Assembly: GCA_963774265.1 (NCBI GenBank) | Contig: CAVZDU010000005.1 | Location: 128,001-192,000, forward strand | DNA from: an uncultured Chloroflexia bacterium | Lineage (GTDB): Bacteria > Chloroflexota > Anaerolineae > CG2-30-64-16 | DNA: 64,000 nucleotides | Direction: 5' to 3' | Shown: piece after piece, positions 34,601 through 45,616 of the stretch | Numbering within the stretch: position 1 is the stretch's first letter | How the letters are laid out: every line of letters starts with the position of its first letter | Notes under the pieces: model-generated | Databases searched by the model: none | What the model was told of the DNA's origin: nothing | What the model saw: only the letters and a program-made list of their open reading frames with translations | Made by a program: the position numbers and the translations under genes

Positions 34601-35069
34601 TGGAACTCGCGCCTTGCACGCTGTTGCCGCGAAGGTTCGAGATCAACGCGCGCGAAAGGCCGCGCAGGTTCACACCGATATTGGTGTAGAAGTCGCGGTC
34701 TTCCAACGCAATGGTCGCGTTCTTAATCAGCGCGGGTATCTGGTCGGCCGTCAAGTAAGTGCGGTCGCCGCGGAAGGGGCGAGGATCGATAGACTCGTAC
34801 AGAAGGTGCTGGCCGGTGCGGTCGTAGATTTTGACCGTCTCGTAGGTTTCCTGCTCGGTTTGGATGGACGAGGGGTCGGGCAAGTTCTGTGCGAAGAGCG
34901 TATAGACGCTCGCGGCGGACGCCGTGACCCCTAGGACCGCGGTGAGAACCAGGACGACGGATGCGGCCAGCAGGCCGCCGAAGACGATGAGAAACCACTT
35001 GCCGTACTGGGGCCGGCTGTGTGCGCGGCGATAACGTCGCCTTTGGTGGATTTGATTGGTGCGATACAT
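31676..35069 (-). CDS. Class A penicillin-binding protein (PBP1A-like) with C-terminal Ig-like domains (indel near 33280)
   Basis: ATIALEDRDFY, GASSITQQLVKN, RKAKE (transglycosylase); PGSSFKP, SYN, KTGTT (transpeptidase); VDNNAP..., VEFYLDG...APYSVRW, KAFDKAGN (Ig-like). Confidence 0.92.
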
Positions 35070-35213
35070 GGTCGAGTGGAAATCTCCAGAGCGCAGGCGG
35101 AATGTTGGCGCAGATGCCCTGCGCTTGCAGATACACTACGCTACAGACGCCTGGCCCCCGAATTGGTTCCTGGCATGTGCGGCCCATCCTGCAGCAGAGG
35201 GCCGCGGTTAAAG

Positions 35214-35246
35214 CGTGCGGGGGGTAGTCCCTCCACCCCCCGCACG
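35214..35246. terminator. GC-rich hairpin between the methyltransferase and PBP genes
   Basis: 12-bp stem CGTGCGGGGGGT/ACCCCCCGCACG. Confidence 0.4.
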
Positions 35247-35291
35247 ATGAGCAAATGCGATTATAGCAGAATGTGGTGCGCGAGGCAAAAG

Positions 35292-36056
35292 CTACGAGCG
35301 TGCTAACCGTTCCAGCACCAAAAAGTGGCTCAGCCCGAACACCTGTAGTGGCGTGTGCTCCGCGGTATACAGCGCCCGGCGCAGCCAACGGCCGGTCTTG
35401 GGCCGGGTCGCGACGATGTTGTCGAAGCCGGGATAGATGACCTGGTGGTGGATCACGCGGACAGGCTGTCCCGCGAAGAGGTCCCGCAGCCCCGGACCGG
35501 TGTACGCTCTGACATGGGGTGCGAGGCGGTTGCGCAGGGGGTTGGGCAGCCAGTTGATGAGCGGGCTGTTGCCAAAATGGTACTTCCCGCGCCAATAGTG
35601 GCCGTGCGTCTCGAACGGGTACAGGCGATTCGGGCAGAAGAGGACGATGCGGCCACCGGGAGCCAGCACGCGCACCATCTCGCGCGCATATCGTCGATCG
35701 TCGTCGACGTGTTCGATTACTTCGTGGGAGAAGATCACATCGAAGCTACGGTCCGAGAAGGGCAGTGCTTCACCGCGGCCAACTGCGATGTGGGCCTCTG
35801 TGCGCGCCCGCGCCTGAGCCGCGACCGCCGGGTCGATCTCGACGCCGGCAACCTGGGGGGATAACTGGCGAAACCTCGCGGTGTACATCCCCACGCCGCA
35901 GCCGTTGTCCAGGATTCGCGCACCGTCCAACTCCGCCCACTGACGGACAAGCGCCAACCGCCGGTCCTGGCCCGCGCGCCACACGTAGGATGGATGCCCT
36001 CGTCGTGCAGCCTCGTCGTCGGTTCGGCGAAATGGATCTCCTTTGCCTTCAGCCAT
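35292..36056 (-). CDS. Class I SAM-dependent methyltransferase
   Basis: ILDNGCGVG, LPFSDRSFDVI, HEVIEHV, RVLAPGG. Confidence 0.9.
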   Translation of the reverse strand: MAEGKGDPFRRTDDEAARRGHPSYVWRAGQDRRLALVRQWAELDGARILDNGCGVGMYTARFRQLSPQVAGVEIDPAVAAQARARTEAHIAVGRGEALPFSDRSFDVIFSHEVIEHVDDDRRYAREMVRVLAPGGRIVLFCPNRLYPFETHGHYWRGKYHFGNSPLINWLPNPLRNRLAPHVRAYTGPGLRDLFAGQPVRVIHHQVIYPGFDNIVATRPKTGRWLRRALYTAEHTPLQVFGLSHFLVLERLARS

Positions 36057-36069
36057 CAACTTGCTCTCC

Positions 36070-37245
36070 CTATTCCTCAGCCATCCCGCGCCGGATTGCC
36101 CGCCCCAGCCGACGAGCGCCTTCCCGCAGCTCGTCGGGGGAGAGCATACTGAACGCCAGTCGCAGATTCTGTTGGCCCCCGCCGCCGCAGCAGAATGGCC
36201 CTCCGGGGATGTATGCAACGCCTTCGGCTGCGGCTCCAGGCTGCATCGCGGCGCTTTCCACCCCCTGGGGCAGCGTAACCCAGGTGAAGAATCCCCCGCC
36301 GGGTCGGGTCCACCTGACCCCCTCCGGCATTTGTTCGGCCAACCCTTCCAGCAACGCCTCGCAACGCGCTCGGTAGCTCGCGGCCAGCCGCGCCACCAGT
36401 GGATCGAATAGCCTCATGCGGATGAACTCGCCTGCCATATGCGCGACGAGGTGGCTTACTCCGCCGCCACTGTCGAGCAGCCCACTGTCGTTGCACCGTT
36501 CGACCATCTCTGGCGGCGCGAGCAGCCACCCCAGGCGCAGACCAGGTGCGAGGAGCTTGGAGAACGAGCCAAGGCGGACTACCGCGCCGGGCGGGCCGTA
36601 CCTCTGCAATGGCGGCGGGGGTGGGGCATAGAACCAGAGGTGGCGATATACGTCATCCTCCAGGATGAGTGTGCCAGCCGACCGGGCCAGTGAAACAATC
36701 TCGCGGCGCCGCGCCGCGGGCATCAGGCTGGCGGACGGGTTATTGAATGTGGGGACCGTGTAGATAAAGCGGGCGCGTCGGTCCGCAGAGCGTAACCGGT
36801 CCAGAGCCTCGGCCAGGGCGGTAGGGCGCATTCCCTCGGCATCAGCGTCCACCGGGACCAGCATCAGCCCGTGGTCCCGGAATACCTTCAGCGCCAGGTG
36901 GTACACCGGCGATTCGACGAGGATGACCTCGCCGGGTGACGAAAAGAGCGTACAGATCAGGTCCAACCCCTGTGAGATGCCCGCGGTGATGAAAATGCGG
37001 TGCCCTTCGGGGATCGGATCGTCGTGTCGCGCCAGCCAGTCCGTCAGAGGCTCGATGAGTGACATTGGCCCGTCATTGCGGCCGTAGCTGAGCGCGGCTA
37101 CCCCATTGCGCACCAGGGCAGCGTCTGCCGCTCGGGCAAACTCCTCAGCCGGCAGCAGCTCCGCCGCGGGATGGCCCCACCGAAAGTCGATCATGCCCGG
37201 CGCGATCTCGAGTTGGACGTCGCCGGGCGAAAAGAGACCGCTCAT
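36070..37245 (-). CDS. PLP-dependent class I/II aminotransferase (MocR/LysN-like, no HTH)
   Basis: YTVPTFNNPS, ILEDDVY, GSFSKLLAPGLRLGW, PGGGFFTW. Confidence 0.92.
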   Translation of the reverse strand: MSGLFSPGDVQLEIAPGMIDFRWGHPAAELLPAEEFARAADAALVRNGVAALSYGRNDGPMSLIEPLTDWLARHDDPIPEGHRIFITAGISQGLDLICTLFSSPGEVILVESPVYHLALKVFRDHGLMLVPVDADAEGMRPTALAEALDRLRSADRRARFIYTVPTFNNPSASLMPAARRREIVSLARSAGTLILEDDVYRHLWFYAPPPPPLQRYGPPGAVVRLGSFSKLLAPGLRLGWLLAPPEMVERCNDSGLLDSGGGVSHLVAHMAGEFIRMRLFDPLVARLAASYRARCEALLEGLAEQMPEGVRWTRPGGGFFTWVTLPQGVESAAMQPGAAAEGVAYIPGGPFCCGGGGQQNLRLAFSMLSPDELREGARRLGRAIRRGMAEE

Positions 37246-37754
37246 TGCGTTGGCTCCATGAGGAGTTCTTCCTTGTGGCCGAACCGGATCGTGTTATCGA
37301 TGAGCCGGAACCACGTTGGTCGCAAGACCCAGAACCGGGCGCGTGCCAGCGGACCGGTTAAGGCCAGAGGGCCGGCTTGCCCGGCCCGTTGGGCCGCGAG
37401 CAGCGCGCCGACAAAGGCGAACCGCCTCCCGTATACCGCGGCCGCATGGGGCAACTCTGCAGCCGTGACGATCGCTGCAACCCCGCGAAGCTGGAGACCG
37501 CGGATCGTGCGCCAGTCCTGGCCGTCAGCCTGGATCGCGCCAGCGACCAGGGGGCGATTGTACAGGTTGCGGCCGTGATCGGTGCGCTCTTCGGACAGAA
37601 AGTAGAGCCTAAGCGCGTCGTCGGCGGCGTAGAAGACGGCCGCAGCGGCTGGCGCGCCATCCGGGTCCACAGTCGCCAGGGTAAGCGTCGTGTGGTCTGC
37701 GAGGAATGCTGCAACGCGCTGGCGCGTGCTGCCCGGCGCCTCTTCTTGTGTCAT
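37242..37754 (-). CDS. Pyridoxamine 5'-phosphate oxidase-like FMN split-barrel protein
   Basis: TLTLAT..GAPAAAAVFYA...TDHGRNL...IRGLQLRG...DNTIRFGHKE. Confidence 0.8.
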   Translation of the reverse strand: MTQEEAPGSTRQRVAAFLADHTTLTLATVDPDGAPAAAAVFYAADDALRLYFLSEERTDHGRNLYNRPLVAGAIQADGQDWRTIRGLQLRGVAAIVTAAELPHAAAVYGRRFAFVGALLAAQRAGQAGPLALTGPLARARFWVLRPTWFRLIDNTIRFGHKEELLMEPTQ

Positions 37755-38686
37755 ACCACGTTCTCGTCAATCACAGCCGCCGCGTCCTTGCTGCGCAGAC
37801 ATAGATAGATGCCTGTGAGGGCAAGCGCGCCTCCGGTCACTTGCGGTAAGGTCAATGCCTCGCCCAGCAGCGGCACGGCCAGCAGCCCTGTGAGCACCGG
37901 TTGCGCGAGGAGGACGATCACCGCGGTGGACGCCGGGAGGTGCCCCAGTGCATAGCCGATGAGCAACCAGCCGCCGGCCTGTGAAAGGATGCCCATCATG
38001 ATCACAGAGGCCATGGATTTGAGCGGGTAGCCGGTCAGGGAGAATCCCATGGCCACGCTGACGGCGATGAGCGTGGCTGCAGCTGTGATGGCCACCAGCC
38101 AGGCGTAGGAGAGGCTGCTGAGATTGCGCCGGGCGCGTTGTGTGTTGAGCAGGTAGCCGGCGTAGAACAGTGCCCCCGCGAACGCCAACGCATCACCGGT
38201 GCCCAGGTGCATGCCTCCGGCCGGATTGAAACCAGTGACTACGGCGGCGCCGGTCAGCGCTAGCGCCAGGCCGATCCAGTAGACGCGGCCCAATCGCTCC
38301 TTGAAGATAAACAGTGCGCCGAGGCCCACCCAGATCGGCGCTGTGTTGTCGAGCAGCGTGGCGTTGGCTGCCGAGGTCAGCAGGAGGGCTGAGGTCAGCA
38401 TGCCGAGATTGATTGCAAACCAGAGCCCGCCCAAAACACCCCACGTAACGCCTTGGCGCTCACCGGCTGACCACCCTCGCGCCTCACGCGCGAACGGCAC
38501 GGCGAGCACGATGGCGGCGACGAACATACGCCAGGCGCCCGTGACCGGACCGGGCATGGCCGCCCACTTGGTGAAAATCCCCGTGAAGCTGATGCAGAGG
38601 ACGCCGCCTATAAGGGCCGCGTAAGGCAACAGAGAGCGTGTGGAGGCGCGCTGATGGGCGAGACGGGTAGCGAGCGGATTTGACAA
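37751..38686 (-). CDS. DMT/EamA-family transporter
   Basis: About 10 TM helices, ANATLL..TAPIW...FKER, LLAQPV...LLGE. Confidence 0.9.
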   Translation of the reverse strand: MSNPLATRLAHQRASTRSLLPYAALIGGVLCISFTGIFTKWAAMPGPVTGAWRMFVAAIVLAVPFAREARGWSAGERQGVTWGVLGGLWFAINLGMLTSALLLTSAANATLLDNTAPIWVGLGALFIFKERLGRVYWIGLALALTGAAVVTGFNPAGGMHLGTGDALAFAGALFYAGYLLNTQRARRNLSSLSYAWLVAITAAATLIAVSVAMGFSLTGYPLKSMASVIMMGILSQAGGWLLIGYALGHLPASTAVIVLLAQPVLTGLLAVPLLGEALTLPQVTGGALALTGIYLCLRSKDAAAVIDENVV

Positions 38687-38778
38687 TGACTGGCTCCGGA
38701 TCGATGCAGGATCAGCGCATTGTAACGTCCGGCGGTTGCGTGCGCAAACAGAGGATCAGAACCTTCCCCCTGACTTGC

Positions 38779-39654
38779 CTACAGCACCTGGCGCCGCGCC
38801 AGCAAGCCTGACCCGACGAGGATCACGACAACCCCGGCTCCCGCCAGCGGAAGTGCGGCCGGAACCGGTGGGGTGAGCGCAAACACGGCAAAATAGCTGC
38901 TAAGGGACAGGATCTGCTGCGGCAGAAATTGAATCGGCACCAGCCTGGCCGCGTCTCCCACCTGGAAGGCCCGTTGTGTCTCAGCGATTGCCAAAAAGTT
39001 GGCAGCCAAGGCGATCGCCACGGCCACGCCCGCCGATGGAACATCCCGGGGCGAAAGTTGCCCGTTGCCTCCCCTGGTGAGGAATCCCACAAACACCCCC
39101 AGCCACAGGTTCGATTGTACGAGAAGCAGCCCGGCATCGAGCGTGCGCAGGACCCCGCGCCATCGAATGGACTGTCTTTGCAGGAGGTAACAGGCGGCCG
39201 AAAAGGCAGCGACTACGGCGGTAAAGGCGACCAGCCGGACCAGAAATGCCGCATCGTAGAGGTCCACCGCCTTCATATCGACGCTGAGCCTGCTCAGGCC
39301 GAAGAGGGTGACGGCTCCCATCACCAGGAGGATGCCGGCCACATCTTTCGGACCAAGCGTTTCGTGAGCCAGAACCACGGCCCCCACAGCCAGCACGATC
39401 AGCCCCGTGGTCATCAGGCCAGGGACGATCGCTGGGCCGAGGGTTGCCTGGGCAAGCACGAGCAGCGGCGTCCCGATTATGAACTGTACGGCAAAGCCCG
39501 CAAGCCATACGGGGCTGCGGACCAACTGGCGCATGAGCCCGGCGCCATCTCCCACGCGTTTGACCGCCACCTTCTGGATCACCATGCCGAGGTTGAAGGC
39601 TGCGCCTGCGACAATGGCGGCAAAGACGCCCAAGGAGTAGGATTCACCGGACAT
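38779..39654 (-). CDS. DMT-superfamily membrane protein
   Basis: Multi-TM; FNLGMVIQK, PVWLAG, LAHETL, QRAFQVG; GGAGG SD. Confidence 0.7.
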   Translation of the reverse strand: MSGESYSLGVFAAIVAGAAFNLGMVIQKVAVKRVGDGAGLMRQLVRSPVWLAGFAVQFIIGTPLLVLAQATLGPAIVPGLMTTGLIVLAVGAVVLAHETLGPKDVAGILLVMGAVTLFGLSRLSVDMKAVDLYDAAFLVRLVAFTAVVAAFSAACYLLQRQSIRWRGVLRTLDAGLLLVQSNLWLGVFVGFLTRGGNGQLSPRDVPSAGVAVAIALAANFLAIAETQRAFQVGDAARLVPIQFLPQQILSLSSYFAVFALTPPVPAALPLAGAGVVVILVGSGLLARRQVL

Positions 39655-39699
39655 TCGGCTCCTCCAACGACCAGGTCGAGAGAGCATACCATGGACGCA

Positions 39700-39775
39700 A
39701 AAACCGCCCTTTGAGAGCGGTTTTCGCAAGTCCCAGTTCTCTTCAGTGCCGACGGGGGGTTTCAAACCCCCGGCA
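39700..39775. repeat. Paired hairpins (REP-like or terminator) downstream of the acyl-CoA ligase
   Basis: AAAACCGCcCTTTGAGaGCGGTTTT and GGGGGTTTCAAACCCCC. Confidence 0.4.
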
Positions 39776-39780
39776 GATCC

Positions 39781-41489
39781 CTAGGTCTGTTGTAATTTCG
39801 ACTTTTCTTCCTCCACCAGCACCCGGCGCAGGAACTTGCCGACCTGCGTCTTGGGTAGCTCGGAGCGGAACTCGATCTGCCGCGGCACTTTGTAGGGCGC
39901 GAGCCGTTCCTTGCAGAACGCGACAATCTCCTCCACGGTGGCGGTCTGGCCTTCTTTGAGCACAACAAAGGCCTTCACGCTCTCTCCGCGGAATTTGTCC
40001 GGCACGCCGATCACCACCGCCTCCTGAACCTTCGGATGGAGGAAGAGCACCTCCTCCACCTCGCGCGGGACGATGTTGAAGCCGGACGCAATGATGATAT
40101 CCTTCAGGCGATCGACGATGTAGAAGTAGCCTTCTGCGTCCACGGCGCGCGATGTCGCCGGTGCGCAGCCAGCCATCTTCCGTGATCGTCTTGGCGGTCT
40201 CGTCAGGCTTGGCCCAGTAGCCCTGCATCACCTGCGGTCCCTTGACCCACAGCTCACCGTCTTCACCGACGTTCTTCTCGGTGAGCTTTTCGTAGTCCAT
40301 GATGCGGGCATCGACGTCGGGGAAAGGCAAGCCGATCGAGCCGGCCCGGCGCTCACCGTAGATCGGGTTACAGTGGGTGACGGGCGCAGCCTCGGTCAGG
40401 CCGTATCCCTCGACCAGCCGGCCGCCGGTGATCTCGCCGAACTTGATCTGCACGTCCATGGGCAGCGGTGCGGCGCCGCTGATGCAGGCCTTGACCGAGC
40501 GCAGATCATATTCCTTGACCTTCGGGTGGTTGATGATGCCGATGTACATGGTCGGCACGCCAGGGTAGATGGTCGCGCGTTCCTTCTGGATCGCCATCAT
40601 CACGCCGTCGATGGGCCGCGGGTTGGGCAAGATCACGAGCTCGGCGCCCAGGGATATGGCAAGCAGCATGGCCACCGTCATGCCGTACACGTGAAAGAAG
40701 GGGATCGCGCCCATGATCCGCTCTTTGCCTTCCTCCAGGGTGTGCATCCAGTTTTTCACCTGGACCGTATTGGCGACAAGGTTGTAGTGTGACAGCATGG
40801 CGGCCTTGGGCACGCCGGTGGTCCCGCCCGTGTACTGGAAGAGCGCAGTGTCCTCTGCCTCCACCTTGACCTGCGGTGGGGCTTCGGGGTGCTGTGCCAG
40901 CAGCGTCTTGAAGCTGTAAACGCCGTTGCCCACGGGCACGTCTATCATCAGGCCGTGCTTTTTCACATTGCTCTTCACGAGCAGGTTGAACGGTACAGGC
41001 ACGTAGTCGGGCACATCGGTGACGATCACACTCTTGATCTGGGTCTGAGCCTGGATCTCTTTGAGCCGGGGATAGAATGAGCTAAGCAGGACCACGGTCT
41101 CTGCGCCCGCATCGGCGAACTGGTGCTGGATCTCGCGCGGGGTGTAAGTCGGGTTCGTATTGACGACGATTGCACCTAGCTTAAGTGCACCGAAGAAGGC
41201 GATGACGAAACTGAGGCAGGTTGGGCAGCATGAGTGCCACCCGGTCGCCCTTGCGCACGCCGAGCGCATGTAGGGCGGCAGCAAAGCGGTTGACGTTGTC
41301 CATGAGTTGCCGGTAGGTCATTGTGCCCCCCAGTCGCAGGGGGCCCACGTAGCGCAGGATTAAACTGGCCGCGGTGTGATCGGGATACTTGCGCGCACTG
41401 TCCTCGAGCATCTGGTGCAGTGGCATCTTGGGGTAGTCGATAGTCCGCGGAACATCGGGTTCGTAGTAGGCCAGCCACGGTGCTTCCAT
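39781..41489 (-). CDS. fadD: Long-chain fatty acid--CoA ligase (indels near 41210 and 40150)
   Basis: [43 protein letters not shown]. Confidence 0.88.
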
Positions 41490-41839
41490 CTCACTTCCTC
41501 CTCGAAGATGGGGCCGGTTCAACAAACCGGGGCACGGAAATACCGTCATTATAAGGGGGGGGCGGGGTGGTGTCAAGCATATTTTTGTGTGAATACTTTC
41601 ACGGAAGGGGATGCAGGGCGATTTCATGTTGCAGCAACGAGCACGCACCGGCAGTGAAACCTGCGCCTACGGCGGCAAAACCGAGTTGCGTCAACTGGGT
41701 CTGTCTGCTGGAGGTCAAGTTTTGCTCGTATCCTGCAACTCCCGCTGCCAGATCGTGGGCAGGCCCTCACAATGAAATCGCCCTGAAGGGGATGAGCCAC
41801 GACTTGAAGGACGGTGCGATTTGCGGTAGACTGAGACCG

Positions 41840-41894
41840 GACCTTCGAGGTTTCGAAAACCTCGAAGGTCTTTGCTCAGAGACCTTGAAGGTCT
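41840..41894. repeat. REP-like palindrome plus half copy (same family as 20204 and 21465)
   Basis: GACCTTCGAGGTTTCGAAAACCTCGAAGGTC then AGACCTTGAAGGTCT. Confidence 0.7.
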
Positions 41895-41920
41895 TCGATG
41901 CGGCATCTTGGAACAGACGA

Positions 41921-43283
41921 ATGCGGATGACTGAACAGAGCGAAGCGCAGCGACGGCTGCAGAGGCTGACACGGTTGCGGAAGCTGGGAGTGCGCAAGGG
42001 CGCGCACGAGATCAGCCCGCCTGTGGCGGCGCCGGCGCCCCCACCGCTACGGGTGGATCCTCCCGTCGAGGATCCACATCTGCCGGGCGAAGAGGTGACA
42101 ACCCCCTTTGGCCCCGCGTGGGTGCGCGAGGTGCGTTATCCGCTCGATGAGCACGAGGAACTGGCGGAGTGGTTGCGTGTGGCGCCTGAGACGTTGGCGG
42201 CACTCGATCGGATTGACCCGCTCATCCATTTGATCCCGTCTCAAGCCGCCTTCATTGACACCGAAACCACTGGCCTGTCACTCGGTGCGGGCACATACAC
42301 CTTTCTCATCGGAGTAGGCCTCTACGAGCCCGCTGCTACGGAGAATGTCGTCGGCTGCGGGCCGGGGGGCGCGTTCGTTGTGCGGCAGTTCTTCATGCGC
42401 CATCCGGGTGAAGAACACGCGCCAGCTTCACCTGGTCGATGAGGTGCTGGGCCTCGCCACGGGCATCGTGTCATTCAACGGCCGCGGGTTTGACATGCCG
42501 CTGGTCAACAACCGTTTCGTGCTCGCTTCCATGCCGCCGCCCCTGGCCGGCGCGCCGCATTTGGACCTGCTGCCGCCCGCCCGCCGGCTGTGGAAGGCGC
42601 GTTGGGGCTCATGCAGTCTGGGCAGTCTGGAACGCAATGTTCTAGGCGTGCAGCGGACGACTGAGGATGTGCCCGGCTATCTGATTCCCGACATTTATCG
42701 CCAGTACTACCTGACGGGCGCGGCGACCGAGATGCTGGCCCGCGTCTTCTATCACAACCTGCAAGACGTCGTTTCCATGGCGCTGCTCGGCGCGCGCATG
42801 GCCCGTTACTTCCGCCGCGAGCAGGTGGAAGCCTTCGTAGTGGATTTGGACGCGGCGGAATGCGTCAGCCTGGGCCGCTGTTACGATACGCTCGGCTGGG
42901 TGGAGGCGAGCGTGCGCTCCTACCAAGCGGCGCTGCAGCGGTCCACCGCGGCGGAGAGCCAGGTGCTCGCCCTGCGCGAGTTGAGCTTGCTGTACAAGCG
43001 CCAGGCGTGGCGCGAGCAGGCGGCCGAGTTGTGGGAAGAGTGGGTCAGCATGGTGCCCGGGGAGGATCTGACGCCTTATATCGAGCTGGCCAAGCACCAT
43101 GAGTGGCACACGGGCGAGCTGGCGGCCACGCGCGGGTGGGCCGCATGGGCGCTGCGCATCGCAGAGGGGTGGCCGGCCGGGTTCGAGCGCGAGGATGCAG
43201 TGGCGCAACTGCGACACCGCCTGGCGCGCGTCGAGCGGAAGCTGACCGGTGCAAAGTCCGGCGAGCCGGAAGAGGCGGAGTGA
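41921..43283 (+). CDS. YprB/MrfB-like RNase H-fold (DEDD) exonuclease with C-terminal TPR-like helices (indel near 42420)
   Basis: FIDTETTGL, SFNGRGFDMP, HLDLL, YHNLQDV, IELAKHHEW. Confidence 0.85.
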
Positions 43284-43442
43284 TATGCCAAATAGCCGCC
43301 CGTTGCCTGGATCCTGCAATCCTTCGATTGCGAGATGCGCCCCGAAATGGTAAACTGATCCCGTGCCGGCCGATGCGAAGCCTCGCAACGCCGGCGTACC
43401 TTGCCGGGGCGGCCTGATCCGCACCGGTCACCAGGAGGCGTG

Positions 43443-45192
43443 ATGGCCAGCCAGGCCCTGTATCGCAAATGGCGCTCGCAGACGTTTGAGACCGTTGTCG
43501 GCCAGGAACATGTGGCCCTGACCCTGCGCAACGCGCTGCGCGACGGCCGCATGTCGCACGCCTATCTGCTCACCGGGCCGCGCGGCACGGGCAAGACCAG
43601 CACGGCCCGCATCCTGGCCAAGGCGATCAACTGCCTCCATGAAAGCCCCATGCAGCGGCCCTGCAACGCGTGCTGCGATCTGCACGGCCATCAACGAAGG
43701 CCGGCTGCTGGACCTGATCGAGATCGACGCGGCCTCGAACCGCGGCATCGATGAGATCCGCGACCTGCGCGAGAAGATTCAGTTTCGGCCCAACGAGGCG
43801 CGCTACAAAGTCTACATCATCGACGAAGTCCACATGCTGACTAAGGAGGCGTTCAACGCGCTCCTGAAGACGCTCGAGGAGCCGCCTCCGCACGCGGTGT
43901 TCGTGCTGGCGACGACCGAACCCGACCGTGTGCCGGAGACCGTTCGCTCACGCTGTCAGCGGTTTGACTTCCGCCGCATCCCCACCGCCGAGATTGTGGA
44001 GCACCTGAGTCACATAGTTCAGAGCGAGGGTGGCAAAGCCGACTCCGAGGCGCTGGTGGCGATTGCTCGCCGCAGCACGGGCAGTATGCGTGATGCTATC
44101 AGCCTGCTGGACCAATTGCTTTCTTACGGCGATGAGACGTTGACCCTGGCCCGCGTGGAGGCCGTACTGGGCCTGATCAACCAGGGAACCATCGGTGCGT
44201 TGGTGGACTATATGGCTGGGAGCGATGCCGGCCAAGGGCTGGCGCTCTTGAACCGGCTGGTGGCTGAGGGCGTCGAGCTGGGCCAGCTTGTGGACCAGGT
44301 CGTGGCCTATTTGCGCGGGGTGATGCTGGTGCGCATTTCCCAGTCGCCAGACTTGTTGGACCTGCCCCAGGACGTGCGGGCGCTCATGGCCAGGCAGGCG
44401 CAGCGGATGAGCACGCCGACTTTGCTGGCTGCTGTCAAAGAGTGGACCGAGGCGCGCGGCGCGCTGCGCGACCAGGTGCCGGGCGTGCCGCAACTGCCGC
44501 TCGAGATGGCTTTCCTGCGTTCCGCGGGCGCGGCGTTGGTGGATGCCGTTTCGGCGCCGCCGCCCGTGGTGGCTGCCGCTGCGACCGCGCCGGCTCAGGT
44601 TGTGGCGGCAGGCCCATCGCCCAGCCAGGCGCGACCCGGCGTCGAGAGCGCACCGGCCAGGACGCCTGATGTGGCGCCGCCGACCCGCGCGGCACAGTCC
44701 GCCCAGGGACCCGCACCGGCGCCTCAACCTACTCGCCGGGCCACACAGGGACCGGTGCAGGCAGCGCCCGCACCTCAGCCGACGTCTGCCCAGACGCACG
44801 AGCCTCTCGCAACGGGCGAGGATTTGCAGGGACGGGTGAACGCGAACTGGGACCGGTTTATGGCGCTGTCGCGCCAGCTGTATGGCATCAAGATCCAGGC
44901 CGCGCTCCGTAACGTGAAAGAGGTGGCGGTCGTGGGCCGGACGCTGGAACTGCATTTCGGCGCGGCGCACGGCTTCTCCCGAGATGTGATCAACGAGGGG
45001 GAGAACAGGCTGCACGTGGAAGACGCCTGGCGGCAGGTGCTGGGGGAGGACGTGACCGTCCGCTGCACCCTGGTGGGCGCATCCCCGGCGGCCAAGACAG
45101 TGGAATCGCGCGATGAGAGCGGGGAGTCCGGGGGCGATGCCCTCCTGGAAGATGCAAAACGTCGCGGCGCGGTGATCACGCCGTTGGATTGA
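43443..45192 (+). CDS. dnaX: DNA polymerase III subunit gamma/tau (indel near 43670)
   Basis: [53 protein letters not shown]. Confidence 0.96.
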
Positions 45193-45237
45193 TGGGCCGG
45201 CGGCCCGGTACCCACGGAAGGAGATGGAGGCAAGCGC

Positions 45238-45606
45238 ATGGCAAAAGGCAAAGCACGTCCTGCATATGGCATCCGTAAACCCACCCCCGGCGGTGGAGGT
45301 GGCGGAGGCGGCATGTCGGGGCAGCTGCAACGGCTTCAAGAGGAATTCGCCAAGACGCAGGAGCTGTTGGGCGATCAGACCGTCGAGGTGACGGTAGGTG
45401 GTGGCGCGGTTAAGGCGGTGATGAACGGGCATCAGAAGCTCCTGTCCATCACCATCTCTCCGGACGTGGTCGATCCCGAAGATGTTGAGATGCTGCAGGA
45501 CATGATTATGGCCGCGGTCAACGAAGCCGTAGAGCAATCGCAGGGGTTGGCCGCGCAGCAGATGCAGGGGTTGACCGGCGGACTGAATATCCCCGGCCTG
45601 ATGTAG
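45238..45606 (+). CDS. ybaB: YbaB/EbfC nucleoid-associated protein
   Basis: GGGAVKAVMNG, VDPEDVEMLQDMIMAAVNEA; lies between dnaX and recR. Confidence 0.93.
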   Translation: MAKGKARPAYGIRKPTPGGGGGGGGMSGQLQRLQEEFAKTQELLGDQTVEVTVGGGAVKAVMNGHQKLLSITISPDVVDPEDVEMLQDMIMAAVNEAVEQSQGLAAQQMQGLTGGLNIPGLM

Positions 45607-45616
45607 GAGGGCGCGG

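Noticed and set aside
43284-43442. SRP RNA (ffs) upstream of dnaX
   Set aside because: The conserved CAGG...GGAA...AGCAG domain IV motif is not present.
43640-43700. dnaX programmed -1 frameshift producing gamma and tau
   Set aside because: The break lies in the N-terminal zinc-finger region, not at the domain III/IV boundary, and there is no A-AAA-AAG site.
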